From NCBI RefSeq assembly GCF_001194135.2, contig NC_068982.1, forward strand, positions 15,179,682-15,243,681: a stretch of DNA of 64,000 nt. The letters run 5' to 3'. This DNA comes from Octopus bimaculoides (lineage: Eukaryota). Positions 1 to 11,756 of the stretch are shown here, in pieces. Numbering within the stretch: the stretch's first letter is position 1; each line of letters begins with the position of its first letter. The position numbers and the translations under genes are program-made. A model generated the notes under the pieces. It made no database searches. It saw only the letters and a program-made list of their open reading frames with translations, and was not told the origin of the DNA.

Positions 1-490
1 ATTATTTATTTTAGTATGACATTGTAGGGTAGGTATGAGAGGCCAAACCTGGCCAGTTTGAATATAAAACAGGAAGAATATTTGAGCCAAATATGGTTGG
101 TTCAAAAGCTAGAGTTAATGATTATAGCAGATCCAAAAAATGATCTTTTAAGGTGTTTTTTATATTTCACTTATATGGAATATATCAAATCACTTTGATG
201 GCATGCACTGTTCTCTCACTCAATAATAATAATAATAATAATAATAATAATTTCGAATTATGGCACAAGGCCAGTGATTTTAGGGAGTGGAAGTTAGTTG
301 CATGATTATACAGTTTATGGTTTGAGTTTACGTTTTCAAAAATAACTGTACATTTGAGAATATTAATGAAATTTGTTAATTAGTTATCATTAGCCATATT
401 CATGCAAGACACAAATCTTGTAAGACACAAATCAGTTCCATAAATATTTCCCCAGTGCAGCATAGCAAACAAGTTTGCTGGTATGGTTCA

Positions 491-790
491 TCATCATCAT
501 CATCATTGTCATCGTTTAATGTCTGCTTTCCATGCTAGCATGGGTTGGACGGTCTAATTGAGGGCTGGCAAGCCAGAAGGCTGCACCAGGCTCCAATCCA
601 ATCCAATCTGGCAATGTTTCTACAGCTGGGTGCCCTTCCCAACACCAACCACTCCGAGAGTGTAGTGGGTGCTTTTTACATGCCACTGGCACGAGGGTCA
701 GTCAGGTGGCACTAGCAATGACCACGCTTGAATGGTGCTTTTTACATGCCACCGGCACAGGACCAGTCAGCCAGCACTGGCATCAACCAT
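491..790 (-). mobile_element. LINE 3'-tail copy (GAT-tail family)
   Basis: (CAT)n-CGTTTAA..GCTTTCCATGCTAGCATGGGTTGGAC..GCCCTTCC signature. Confidence 0.85.
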
Positions 791-1123
791 GCCGTTTATT
801 AAAAGGAAAACCAAAACTTATCTAGGGACCTTGCAAACCTTGGAATGAGAGAGAAAGTCACTGACTGACTTTTTAACTAGCACATTAAACAATCAATTAG
901 TTAACGAGTTGGTTAAATATTTAACTGATAAACAATTAAGTGGAATTGAACCTGTGCATGTGTTATCATTGGTGAAATGACCCACCCAACACACAAACTC
1001 ACATCAAGAATCTTGCAAACCTAATTCGACAATGAAGCAACATTTATACACATTTTCAATTAAAGAAAATGCCGAACAGGTTTTAGTTAGAAAATTAATG
1101 AAAATAGGAAAACTGAAAGATAC

Positions 1124-1375
1124 CTGTATGTACTTTAGAATGAGATTTTAGATACACCATCTGAGAAAACTTCTGGCCACATTGGTTGCACTCAAAGGGT
1201 TTCTCTGAAGAGTGAGTGATGAGATGGCGTCGTAGACAACTAATCTGACGGAAAGGAAGCTGACAAATATGACAAACATGTGGCTTGGAGTTGGTATGAA
1301 TTGCTACATGTTCCAACAAGCTTATTTTACTCGAGAACTTGTTATCACATATTTCACATGCAAAAGGTTTGATTC
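1124..1375 (-). CDS. C2H2 ZF gene exon: fingers 3-5
   Basis: tgcag|GA ATC AAA CCT ... CAT ACA G|gtatct. 252 nt, phase 1-1. Contains CEIC..HVAIH, CHIC..HLITH and CNQC..HSKVH. If the donor is unused, the frame stops at 1095 (HTGIFQFSYFH*). Confidence 0.95.
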
Positions 1376-1504
1376 CTGCATAATTTTATGAAAGGGAAAA
1401 GAAAAAAATGAAAAAGATTATTTTAAAAGGTTGTTAAATGAAATAATAATTGATTTATTTGGGAGAAGGAGAATATTGACATCGGGAGAGGAAGTACATT
1501 GGTT

Positions 1505-1896
1505 TAAATCATTGTGCCAACAACCACCTTGAGCACTTTTTTGAGCTCCATGTGTCTAACACACATGGGCATGCCTACAAAGTCAGAAAACAGCACAGCT
1601 CCCATGACTTTCAGAAACATTTTTTTCACACTCAGAATTGCTGAAGCGTGGAACAAACTACCTGCATCAATTGTTAGTTGCTGAGACATTGCATCCTTTA
1701 AAACCTCCATGCTTCCTGAAATTCGTCAACACTACACCTGATATCCACCCCCCTCCATACACATGCACACATGTATATCATGACTCACATACACTGTTTA
1801 CTTTCCTGACTTTTGTACATAATTCTATGTACTGTACATATACCTTCGATGAGTTGTAGTGCACCTGAGCACTGCACACAATAATTTCATTATTAA
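1505..1896 (+). mobile_element. CR1/L2-type LINE 3' end
   Basis: SNTHGHAYKV..KHFFTLRIAEAWNKLPASIVS..FKTSML motif (FFxxRVxxxWNxLP) plus UTR. Second copy at 47886-48205. Confidence 0.8.
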
Positions 1897-1977
1897 TGTA
1901 AGACTAGGAAATTTGTTGAAAGAGGAAGACGGGGGGAAAAAATGATAATCACAACTAAAGAAAATCAAAACACAAAC

Positions 1978-2100
1978 CTAAGTGAACAAGATTATGTCTT
2001 CGCAAACTTTCATTGTTTCGAAAACGTTTTGCACAACCATTAAAACTGCACTGAAATGGTTTTTCTCCTGTATGTACTCTCATGTGTACTTTGAGATTGC
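1978..2100 (-). CDS. C2H2 ZF gene exon: end of finger 1, TGEKPF linker, finger 2
   Basis: tttatttcag|GC AAT CTC ... CAC TTA G|gtttg. 123 nt, phase 1-1. Encodes [41 protein letters not shown]. Confidence 0.95.
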
Positions 2101-2304
2101 CTGAAATAAATAAAATACATATGCACGTGTGAGACAGGGCTTTAACAGTAGGTTCTAGCAACAGGTGAAATGGGTAGGGCAAGTCTTGGATTTAATGCAG
2201 CTAGACAGCTGGCACAGAGGCTGGTGAACCGTATTTTGGTCCTTACATTAACAATTCCCTCATTCTACAAACCATTTCGGATCGCATATATATATATATA
2301 TATA

Positions 2305-2740
2305 TCACCACCACCACCATCATCATCATCATCGTTTAACGTCCGCTTTCCATGCTAGCATGGGTTGGACGATTTGACTGAGGACTGGTGAACTAGATGG
2401 CTACACCAGGCTCCAATCTGATCTGGCAGAGTTTCTACAGCTGGATGCCCTTCCTAACGCCAACCACTCTGAGAGTATAGTGGGTGCTTTTACGTGCCAC
2501 CGGCATGAAGGCCAGTCAGGCGGTACTGGCAATGACCAAGCTCAAAATGGTGTATTTTACGTGCCACCTGCACAGGAGCCAGTCCAGCGGCACTGGCAAC
2601 GATCTCGCTTGAATGTCTTTAAACGTGCTACTGGCACCAGTGCCAGGAAGGCGATGCTGGGCACAGGTGCCATCACTATTTCACTTTCGCTTGCCCCAAT
2701 AGGTCTTCGCAAGCTGAGTTTAGTGTCCAATGAAGGAGAC
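2305..2740 (-). mobile_element. LINE 3'-tail copy (GAT-tail family)
   Basis: Same signature plus UTR tandem units. Confidence 0.85.
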
Positions 2741-2774
<34 letters not shown>

Positions 2775-3136
2775 CCATTCTTGTTGTCCCCTTCCACAAA
2801 AAATATTAATGAATTAAAACAATTAGCTCTTAAGAATAAGGCAATAATTTAATAGGTTACATAAATATGTAAAATCAGATTTGATTGAGCCTGGTGCAGC
2901 CTCTGGTTCACTAGTCCTCAATCAAACTGTCAAACTCATGCCAGCATGGAAAGCGGCAGAATTTGAATTCAGAATGGAGTGATGAGTGAAATACCTCAAA
3001 GCATTTCATCCAGCATGCTAACGATTCTGCCAGCTCACCGCCTTAAATACTACTACTACTACTACTACTACTAATAATAATAATAATAATGATAATAACA
3101 ACAGAATAACATAATAATAACAACAACAACAACAAC

Positions 3137-3658
3137 AGAAAAGAGATGGTATAGGCACATGCCAGAAAAGGTCACAGAAAACGAGAAAGTAACCATACTC
3201 TGAGATATGCCAATACACACAGATAGAGAAATTAAGGCCAATAGGCCAGATATAGTTGTCAGGGATCATGAAGAAAAAAAATGCTTTCTAATTGATGTAT
3301 CAATACCTTCAGATGACAACATTTCTCTAAAAGAAATGGAGAAACTTTCAAAATACAAAGATCTGGAAATAGAGGTAACTCGAATGTGGAATCTAAAACC
3401 AGAAATAATTCCTACCATAGTAGGTGCCTTAGGTGTAATAAAAAAATATTCAGACAAATACATAACAAAAACACCAGGACTTACAAATATATATAACATA
3501 CAGAAAATTGCACTACTGGGCACTGCACACATCCTATGCAAAACACTTTCAATACAGTAACCATAAGAGCACCAGCAAACCACAGCACATACCCAAGGCG
3601 CACAGAGCTGCGCTCGGTAGTGAAGTGAAAGCATGTTATAAAAATAAAACTACTGAAC
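3137..3658 (+). mobile_element. 5'-truncated R4/Dong-clade non-LTR retrotransposon: restriction-like endonuclease C-terminus plus 3' UTR
   Basis: WYRHMPEKVTENEKVTIL*DMPIHTDREIKANRPDIVV..IDVSIP..EKLSKYKDL..IVGALG..QKIALLGTAHIL gives a PD-(D/E)xK RLE signature. Flanked on both sides by (TAA)n. Confidence 0.88.
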
Positions 3659-3714
3659 AATAATAATAATAATAATAATAATAACAACAATATAAAAAAT
3701 CAAATCTATATTAC

Positions 3715-4048
3715 CTTTTTGAGTGAATTCTCTATGACAAATTTTACAAGAAAAATTACTTTTATTTGAAGAAGCATTTCCTTCCGTTTTTTTTGCACAG
3801 GAACCTTCCGTTTTCTTTGCACAGGTACCTTCCACAGACGAAAGTGCTTTGTCTTCTAAGGACACCACAAAGACAGACTCTATAGGTTCAGTACTTTCTG
3901 ACCCTGATTGATTGGTGAGCCCGACTAATTCATTTATTGACTCTGCTGCTGCTGCTACTACTGATGATGATGATGATGATGATGATGATGACGACGACGA
4001 TGATGACGATGACGACGATGTTGTTGTTGTTAATTCCGCTGCTGTTGT

Positions 4049-4088
<40 letters not shown>

Positions 4089-4140
4089 ATTGGTGGTGGA
4101 GGAGGAGGAGGTGGTGGTGGTGGAAGCAGAAGAGAAGGAG
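3715..4140 (-). CDS. C2H2 ZF gene exon: poly-Pro/Thr/Ala/Ser tract, linker and first half of finger 1
   Basis: Acceptor ttatattgttttcattacag| at 4141, donor CAA AAA G|gtaat at 3715. 426 nt, stop-free, phase 1 to 1. Ends CKICHREFTQKG. The 3' part (3715-3903) is secure; the 5' boundary is less so. Confidence 0.75.
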
Positions 4141-4419
4141 CTGTAATGAAAACAATATAACTTTCAACATGTGGCTTACTATGAAGATAACAAGTGGATG
4201 CATGTATTTATGACAGCAATGTCTAGTTTCCCCACTTTTCCTGTTGCTGTTTAGCCCCAGGCCAGCTCCGATCGAGCAGTGGACCTATTACGATTAACCC
4301 TTCAGTATTCAGATTACTCCCTCAAATGTAATGCTTATTTATTCACACTGGTTTGAATTAATCAGGCATTATCTTGTAGCTTTGAAATTTTAATAACATG
4401 TATGAGTGAAGACAGTAGC

Positions 4420-5580
4420 ATCAAGAAGTGCCTATCTCTAATCGTAGAGAGAACATATGGAAGGGGTAGACCCAGGAAGACGTGAGACGAAGTGGTGAGA
4501 AAGGATCCAGAGACATTGGGACTCACAGAGAGGATGACAGGGGGCCAGTTTGCTGTGCTTGAAAAGACATGTTGAGCTCAGTAAAACTGAGGTTGTCCTT
4601 GCATACAGGTATGTCCCCAGCATCCCTCTCCAGCTGAGCATCCCTAATTCTTATGGGCTCATAGGTGCTGGTGCCATGCAAAAAGCACCCTTGCCTGTGC
4701 TGTATAAAACCACCCAGTGCACTCTGTAAAGTGGTTGGCATTAGGAAGGGCATCAAGCTATAGATGATTGTGTCAAAAACAATGAAAACTCTTTGAAAAC
4801 TTTGCTTAGGCCTCTGAGCAGGTATCACCAAGCTTTTGGCAAAATTTGATGCAGATTCTCTGCTCAACTTTCTCTGTCATGATCAGTGTGATGATCACAC
4901 ACTACACACCTTCCTTCTAAACAGCGGAAGTGAGATAAAACATTAAAACTTAGTGAGCATTCAGACCAGAATTCAAGGTCAATCAGTGCCAAGCAGCTTC
5001 ACTCAGTGTGCTTTAGCTTCATTACCATGGCTACAGTCTGGATACTTATTGATCAGACCACGTATAGGTATAAACAGTAATGTTTAACACTGTCATATAT
5101 ATACTCAAACATTGAAAGACTTTGCCAGCAGGAATTGTCTTAGGAGGCATATTTTCCTTATAGAAGAATGTGGGATGAAGTTGTGAGAAAGAATCTTCGG
5201 ATGTTGGGCCTTACAGAGGGGATGATAGGGGACCGAGACTCCTGGTGGTTTGCTGTGAGGAGACACATAAAGCTAAGTAAAATTGTGGTTGTCTTTGCAT
5301 ACAGGCATGTCCCCTGCATCCCTCTTCAGCTGAGCATTCCTAATCTTGCAGGCTCATGGATGCTGATGCCATGTAAAAGCACCCTTGCCTGTGCTGTATA
5401 AAACCACCCAGTGCACTCTGTAAAGTGGTTGGCATTAGGAAGGGCATCAAGCCATAGAGACTATGCCAAAACAGACATGGAACCTTCAGGTGCTCTTCAA
5501 CTGGCCAGCTCCTGTTAAACCGTTCAACCCATGCCAGCATGGAAAATGGATGTTAAATGATGATGATGATGATGACGATG
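4420..5580 (+). mobile_element. Two related LINE 3'-end copies (~4420-4765 and ~5165-5580) of a variant subfamily
   Basis: Decayed GRPRKTWDEVV coding remnant. The copies share a near-identical ~75-bp AAGCACCCTTGCCTGTGCTGTATAAAACCACCC.. block; the second ends in (GAT)n. Confidence 0.75.
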
Positions 5581-5785
5581 TGATTTTTTTAGTCTTTTAT
5601 TCTGTTATTTGTTTCAGGAATTTTGACTGTGGCCATGCTGGAGCACCGCCTTTGGTTGAACAAACCAACCTCAGGACTTATTCTATCGGTCTCTCTTGCT
5701 GAACCGCTAAGTTACAGGGATGTAAACACAACAACATCAGTTGTCAAGTGATGATGGTGGGACAAACAAGACACACACAGATATC

Positions 5786-6674
5786 ATCATCCTCATCTTT
5801 TAACATCCGATTTTCATGCTAGCATGGGTTGGACAATTTGACTGAGTACTGGTGAACCGGATGGCTGCACCAGGCTCCAATCTGATCTGGCAGAGTTTCT
5901 ACAGCTGGATGCCCTTCCTAACGCCAACCACTCTGATAATGTAGTGGGTGCTTTTATGTGCCACTGGCATGAGGGCCAGTCAGGCTGTACTGGCAACAGC
6001 CACGCTCAAAATGGTGTTTTTTATGTGCCACCTGCACAGGAGCCAGTCCAGCAGCACTGGCAATGGCCTCACTCAAATGATTTTCTAACATGCCACTGGC
6101 ACAAGTGCCAGTAAGGCGACACTGGTAATGATCACACTCAAATGGTGCTATTTATGTGCCACTAGCACGGAAGCAAGACAGCTGCTCTGGCAATAATCAC
6201 GCTTGGACAGTGCTGTTAGTGCACCAATGGCACAGGTGCCAGTCATCGAATATGGTTCAATTATGATTTTGATTTCACTCGCCCCAACAGGTCTTTGCAA
6301 GCAGAGTTTAGTTCCCAATGAAGGAGAGGTTGGCATGGGTGCTAGTCGTCGAATTTGGTTTGATTTCGATTTTAAATTCACTTGCCTCAACAGGTCTTCG
6401 CAAGCAGAGTTTAGTGTCCAATGAAGTAAAGATACGAATAAGTGAGCTGGCTACACTTCTGGCAGAGGCCACAGATTATGCTCTCACTTGGCTTGCCAGG
6501 TCTTCTCACGTACTGCATATTTCCAAAGGTCCCGGTCACTAGTCACTGCCTCGGTGAGGCCTAAAGTTCGAAGGTCGTACTTCACCACCTCATCCCAGGT
6601 CTTCCTGGGTCTACCTCTTCCACAGGCTCCCTCAACTGCTAGGGTGTGGCACTTTTTCACACAGCTATCCTTAT
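5786..6674 (-). mobile_element. Same LINE family: ORF2 C-terminus, full 3' UTR and tail (5' end lost in gap)
   Basis: ORF 6484-6750 KDSCVKKCHTLAVEGACGRGRPRKTWDEVVKYDLRTLGLTEAVTSDRDLWKYAVREKTWQAK*, then UTR repeats and a (CAT)n tail on +. Confidence 0.9.
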
Positions 6675-6708
6675 NNNNNNNNNNNNNNNNNNNNNNNNNN
6701 NNNNNNNN

Positions 6709-6739
<31 letters not shown>

Positions 6740-8251
6740 TATATATACAATGGGCTCCTTTTAGTTTCTGTCTACCAAATCCACTCACAAGGCTTTGGTC
6801 ATCTTTGCACATCTTTATTACACATTTATATTCTGTTCGCCTAACTTGGTATCTGCACTTCAGAAATACTATAAAAAGTACCTTTATAAAAGCACATGTC
6901 TGAATTACCAAGAGCAGATATTGTCACTTAGCTGGGTTGCGTTGTCCACACACATGGCAGAAATATCAGGTACAAACACCCCTGCACGGAGTCTTTATAT
7001 TCAATATTCAATTAATATTGTTTGGGTGTGAGGATTATACCAATCTAGCAAGGTGCCTCAATTTAAGTACTCAGTTTAACTGTATCTTAATTATGTGTGT
7101 GTGCGTGTGTGTTGTGTATGTATGTATGTATGCATGCATGTGTCTCCTTGTCCTGACATCATGTAATGCAACAGATATAAAACGATTGTCAGTGTCATAC
7201 AAGCATTTCCAGTCTTCCATGAAAACATGTCAGGCTATGGGGAAATATTACCTTGCCTGGAAACAAGTGAGGGTTCGTAACAAGGAAAATGTAGTCATTA
7301 AAAAAGGTGCTTCAACAAATCCCATCAGCCCTGTGCAAACATGGATAAGTGGACATTAAAATGATGATGATGAAGATTCTTAAGGATGCTGCCAGAGATC
7401 AGTTCACTGGACTTTCTCCAGAACCATCTTTGAATTCAAACACTCAATACATTAAATATATCAAATATATCGTTTATGAAAGCATGTAATAGCTAATTAT
7501 AAAGATAAAGTTGAAAGTAATAAATCTTGATTGAAATGAAACAAAAATGAAAAAATAAATACAAATAAATGCTTACAAGTTTCATTTTCAGTTTTTTCAA
7601 GACGAATTTTCCGAGGCCTTCCTGAAGAATGGGAAAAAAAAGACAAGAAAGAAAGTTTTAAAAGAAATATAAAATTGATTTGCTCTGATGGTTGAGAATT
7701 TATTTGATAACCATTCTGTGATGAGTTAGACTGGTTACATGTTTTGATTAATTTTAAATATAATCAAGATTTTTGTAAGGAGTGTAATAAAATATCAGTA
7801 ACTTTATATCTAGCTAAATATGTGCTGGTGCCATGTAAAAAGCACCCAGATTACTCTGTAAAGTGGTTGGGGCTAAGAAGGGCATCCTGTCATAGAGACC
7901 ATGCTAAAGCAGACAAATGGAGGATGGGGCAGCGCTCTGGCCTTGCCAGCTCCTCTCAAACATTCTAACCCATGCTAGGATGGAAAGTGAATGTTAAACG
8001 ATGATGATATTCATATCTATGTAAAGTGGTTGGCATTAGGAAAGGCATCCAGCCATAGAAACCATGACATTTGAGTGTAAGGCAGTTCTGCAGCTCACCA
8101 GATCTTGTCATACCACCATAGAAAATGGATATTAAATGATGAGAATGATACTTATATAAGGTACAAGCAGAGCTGTGCTGTTAAGAAACAACACCAGCCT
8201 CATTAAATTCCACCTGATCAATGCAAGAAGGAAAAAGTGGAGGTTAAAAGA

Positions 8252-8289
<38 letters not shown>

Positions 8290-8499
8290 CAGTTAATTTC
8301 GTAATCGCTACCAATATAGCATAAGACTACATCCCAAAGGATCATTTATTAGATTCCTTAAGGGTCGTTCTCATTGTTTATATTTCCAAGGTTTCAAATT
8401 TGTATGTTTAAAAATGTAGAGACTCAATATATATACACTTACAGAAAGACACACATATGTGTGGGTCTGTGTATATGCATTGATTAGTTTATTTTATGC

Positions 8500-9068
8500 T
8501 GTGCTTGAGAAGACCTAGCAAGCCAAGTGAGACCGTAACTGTGACCTATGCCAGTGCAGCATAAGCAGTCCATTTAAGAGTACCCTTCAATCATTGGGCA
8601 ATAAATTGCACTTGCAAAGACCTGTTGAGGCAAGTGAAGTTGTTGTCATGGCTGATGACAGTACTGCCTGATTGGCACCTGTGCCAGTGGCATGTAAAAA
8701 GCACCATTTGAGTGTGGTCGATGCCAGTGCTGCCTGACTGGCTCCTATGCTGGTGGCACGTAAAAAGCACCATTCGAGTGTGGTTGTTGCCAGTGCTGTC
8801 TGACTGGCTCCTATGCTGGTGGCATGTAAAAAGCGACATTCAAGCGTGGTCAATGCCAGTACCGCCTGATTGATCTCTGTGCTGGTGGCACGTAAAAAGC
8901 ATCTACTACACTCTTGGAGTGGTTAGCGTTAGGAAGGGCATCCAGTTGTAGAAACTTAGCCAGATCAGATTGGAGCCTGGTACAGCTTTCTGGCTTGCCA
9001 GCCTTCAGTCAAACCGTCCAACCCATGCCAGCATGGAAAGCGGGCGTTAAACAACGACGATGATGTTG
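8500..9068 (+). mobile_element. Same LINE family, 3' UTR copy with ~5 tandem ~55-bp units
   Basis: Starts GCTGTGCTTGAGAAGACCTAGCAAGCCAAGTGA, has repeated GGTGGCACGTAAAAAGCACC units, ends AAACAACGACGATGATG. Confidence 0.85.
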
Positions 9069-9878
9069 ATGATTCTATAGACCAACTAAAATCTCATTAC
9101 TTATGTTGTAACAATAATTTGATAGAGATTTTAATTTCAGTCTGAAGGATTAATTTAAATCCAATAGGTCAAAGCAACTCATGAAACTTGAAGTAGTTTT
9201 GAGTAAACAGAAAAAGTAAAAAAAAGAAAAGAAACTTCCATAAACATTTTCTTTTATACACTATTACAGATTGAATAGGTCTGATAGGTTTGTAAATCTT
9301 AAGATGCTCCTTAAGAAAGTAACTCAAGCAGAATATATTATCAGCTGGATGAAATGAAGTTTATTTCTAAGAAATAAGGAGAGAGGGGAGATTCTATAAT
9401 TAGAATAAAGTTTGGTTATAGTACAGCACCATAATCTCAGTGGAAATTAATTCATAGTTTTTATTTAATGATTTGTAAAATAAGAACAGGACTTTCATTT
9501 CCATTTTATGTTAAACTATTTACTCCCATCTCCAACGATGAGGTTAACAGCCTGAAAAACTATAAGCTTCTTTACAACAATCATTCCAACAAGAAGTTAT
9601 TAACCTTTCAAATTAATAGTATTTTTGAGAGCAGCCAATCCCAGTCGTTTAGATATTTATATTTTGTATGTTGCAGTATCATTGAAGATTTTAGCTGGGA
9701 AGGACATGGTGTTGTAGCTTGATGGTATACTGCTTGAGCCAACAACGGCCAGAAAGTAGCCTGGTTATGTTACCAGAATAAAAATAGGTAGAGGCATACA
9801 GAAAATGATATTAAATTGATAAAGTTACTTATATAAGAAAAACCCGGAAAATGTAAATATTTATTCATATAAAATCTG

Positions 9879-9911
<33 letters not shown>

Positions 9912-10824
9912 NNNNNNNNNNNNNNNNNNNNNNNNNNNNNNNNNNNNNNNNNNNNNNNNNNNNNNNNNNNNNNNNNNNNNNNNNNNNNNNNNNNNNNNNN
10001 NNNNNNNNNNNNNNNNNNNNNNNNNNNNNNNNNNNNNNNNNNNNNNNNNNNNNNNNNNNNNNNNNNNNNNNNNNNNNNNNNNNNNNNNNNNNNNNNNNNN
10101 NNNNNNNNNNNNNNNNNNNNNNNNNNNNNNNNNNNNNNNNNNNNNNNNNNNNNNNNNNNNNNNNNNNNNNNNNNNNNNNNNNNNNNNNNNNNNNNNNNNN
10201 NNNNNNNNNNNNNNNNNNNNNNNNNNNNNNNNNNNNNNNTATATATATACATATATACGACAGGCTTCTTTCAGTTTCCGTCTACCAAATCCACTCACAA
10301 GGCTTTGGTTGGCCCGAGGCTATAGTAGAAGACACTTGCCCAAGGTGCCATACAATGGGACTGAACCCAGAACTATGTGGTTGGTAAGCAAGCTACTCAC
10401 CAGTTCGCTGGAAGGATTGTGTATTGTTTGTGAAATATAATGTCTTGAATGGCACAACAATGCAGAGTGGACTATAATAACTGCTATAATTTAATTATTC
10501 ATATAATAATATTCAATATAATATTTTGGAATATAAAAATTCCTTCTTCAGATATTGCTGGGAATTGATTGAGCCACTTCTATAATTGGATGGCTAGATA
10601 GATAGATAAAAAAAAAGCCGATTATAGCAGTGACTCGATCAATTCCTAGCAATATCCGAAGAAGGAATTTTTATATTCCGAAATATTATATTGAATATTA
10701 TTATATGAATAATTAAATTAAAACAGTTATTATAGTCCACTTTGCATTGTTGTGTCATTCAAGACACGTTATAATTCACTAATGTAAAATTATTTTTATT
10801 ATAACTGACCATAAAAACAAATAC

Positions 10825-11259
10825 GCGTAGGAGTGGCTGTGTGGTAAGTAGCTTGCTTTCCAACCACATGGTTCTGGGTTCAGTCCCACTGTGTGGCACC
10901 TTGGGAAAGTGTCTTCTACTATAGCTTCGGGCCGACCAAAGNNNNNNNNNNAGTGTCTTCTACTATAGCTTCGGGCCGACCAAAGCCTTGCGAGTGGATT
11001 TGGTAGACGGAAACTGAAAGAAGCCCGTCGTATATATGTATATATGTGTGTGTGTGTGTGTGTATGTTTGTGCCCCCAACATTACTTGACAACCGATGCT
11101 GGTGTGTTTACATCCCCGTAACTTAGCGGTTCGGCAAAAGAGACCAATAGAATAAGTACTAGGCTTACAAAGAAAAAGTCCCGGGGTCGATTTGCTCGAC
11201 TAAAGGCGGTACTCCAGCATGGCCGCTGTCAAATGACTGAAACAAGTAGAAGAGAGTAA
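10825..11259 (+). mobile_element. tRNA-derived bipartite SINE (family A). Other long copies: 14565-14945(-), 22392-22785(-), 40540-40922(+), 52738-53128(-), 61378-61725(+). Halves at 5586-5780, 10241-10400, 17455-17690, 23300-23495, 24629-24720, 26240-26440, 37870-38040, 39975-40165, 52328-52480, 62387-62530
   Basis: A-box TGGCTGTGTGG, B-box GGTTCAGTCCC, CORE-like CCTTGGGCAAGTG, internal (TA)n(TG)n, right half ending (AAGAGTA)n. Confidence 0.85.
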
Positions 11260-11756
11260 ATATATATATATGTGTGAGTGTGTGTATTTGGAGATGGGTG
11301 AGCTCTTAATGTAGGGCAAGCAGTAAACCAAGACTTATAACACAGTATCAATTTTCAACAGAAACTCTTCTATCTCAGTAATGTCATTAAGTCTATTTTT
11401 GTGAGTGGGGGAGGCCCCTACACGTAAAAATGTTCTAATTCTACTCTACTAAAATTATAGGAGATTGTGCAACATATACATATATCACAGTTTCTTTTAT
11501 CTATCCATTCATCCATTCATGTGTGTATGCGTGAGAGAGTGTGAGTATTAATTCTGTTCAACTCAGATAAACCTTTTCATTTTGTTTCAATGACCTACTT
11601 TTAACTTTCAAACAGGTGTAAATTCAAATCCTTTCCAAGTTTTCTCAAACAGTTCCTTCTTCATTCTTAGTTCACTTCTGTCACTTTCTAGCACCTATAC
11701 TGAGACAAACGATAACTTTTCTGCTGTGTGAGCCTTGTCATTATTATCCTCCTCCT

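Noticed and set aside
8680-8900. CRISPR-like regularly spaced repeats (also 59030-59450)
   Set aside because: Eukaryotic context, no unique spacers, no cas genes; tandem repeats.
10913-10985. Direct repeat around a 10-N gap (likewise 32990-33125 in the LINE)
   Set aside because: Typical unmerged contig overlap; assembly artefact.
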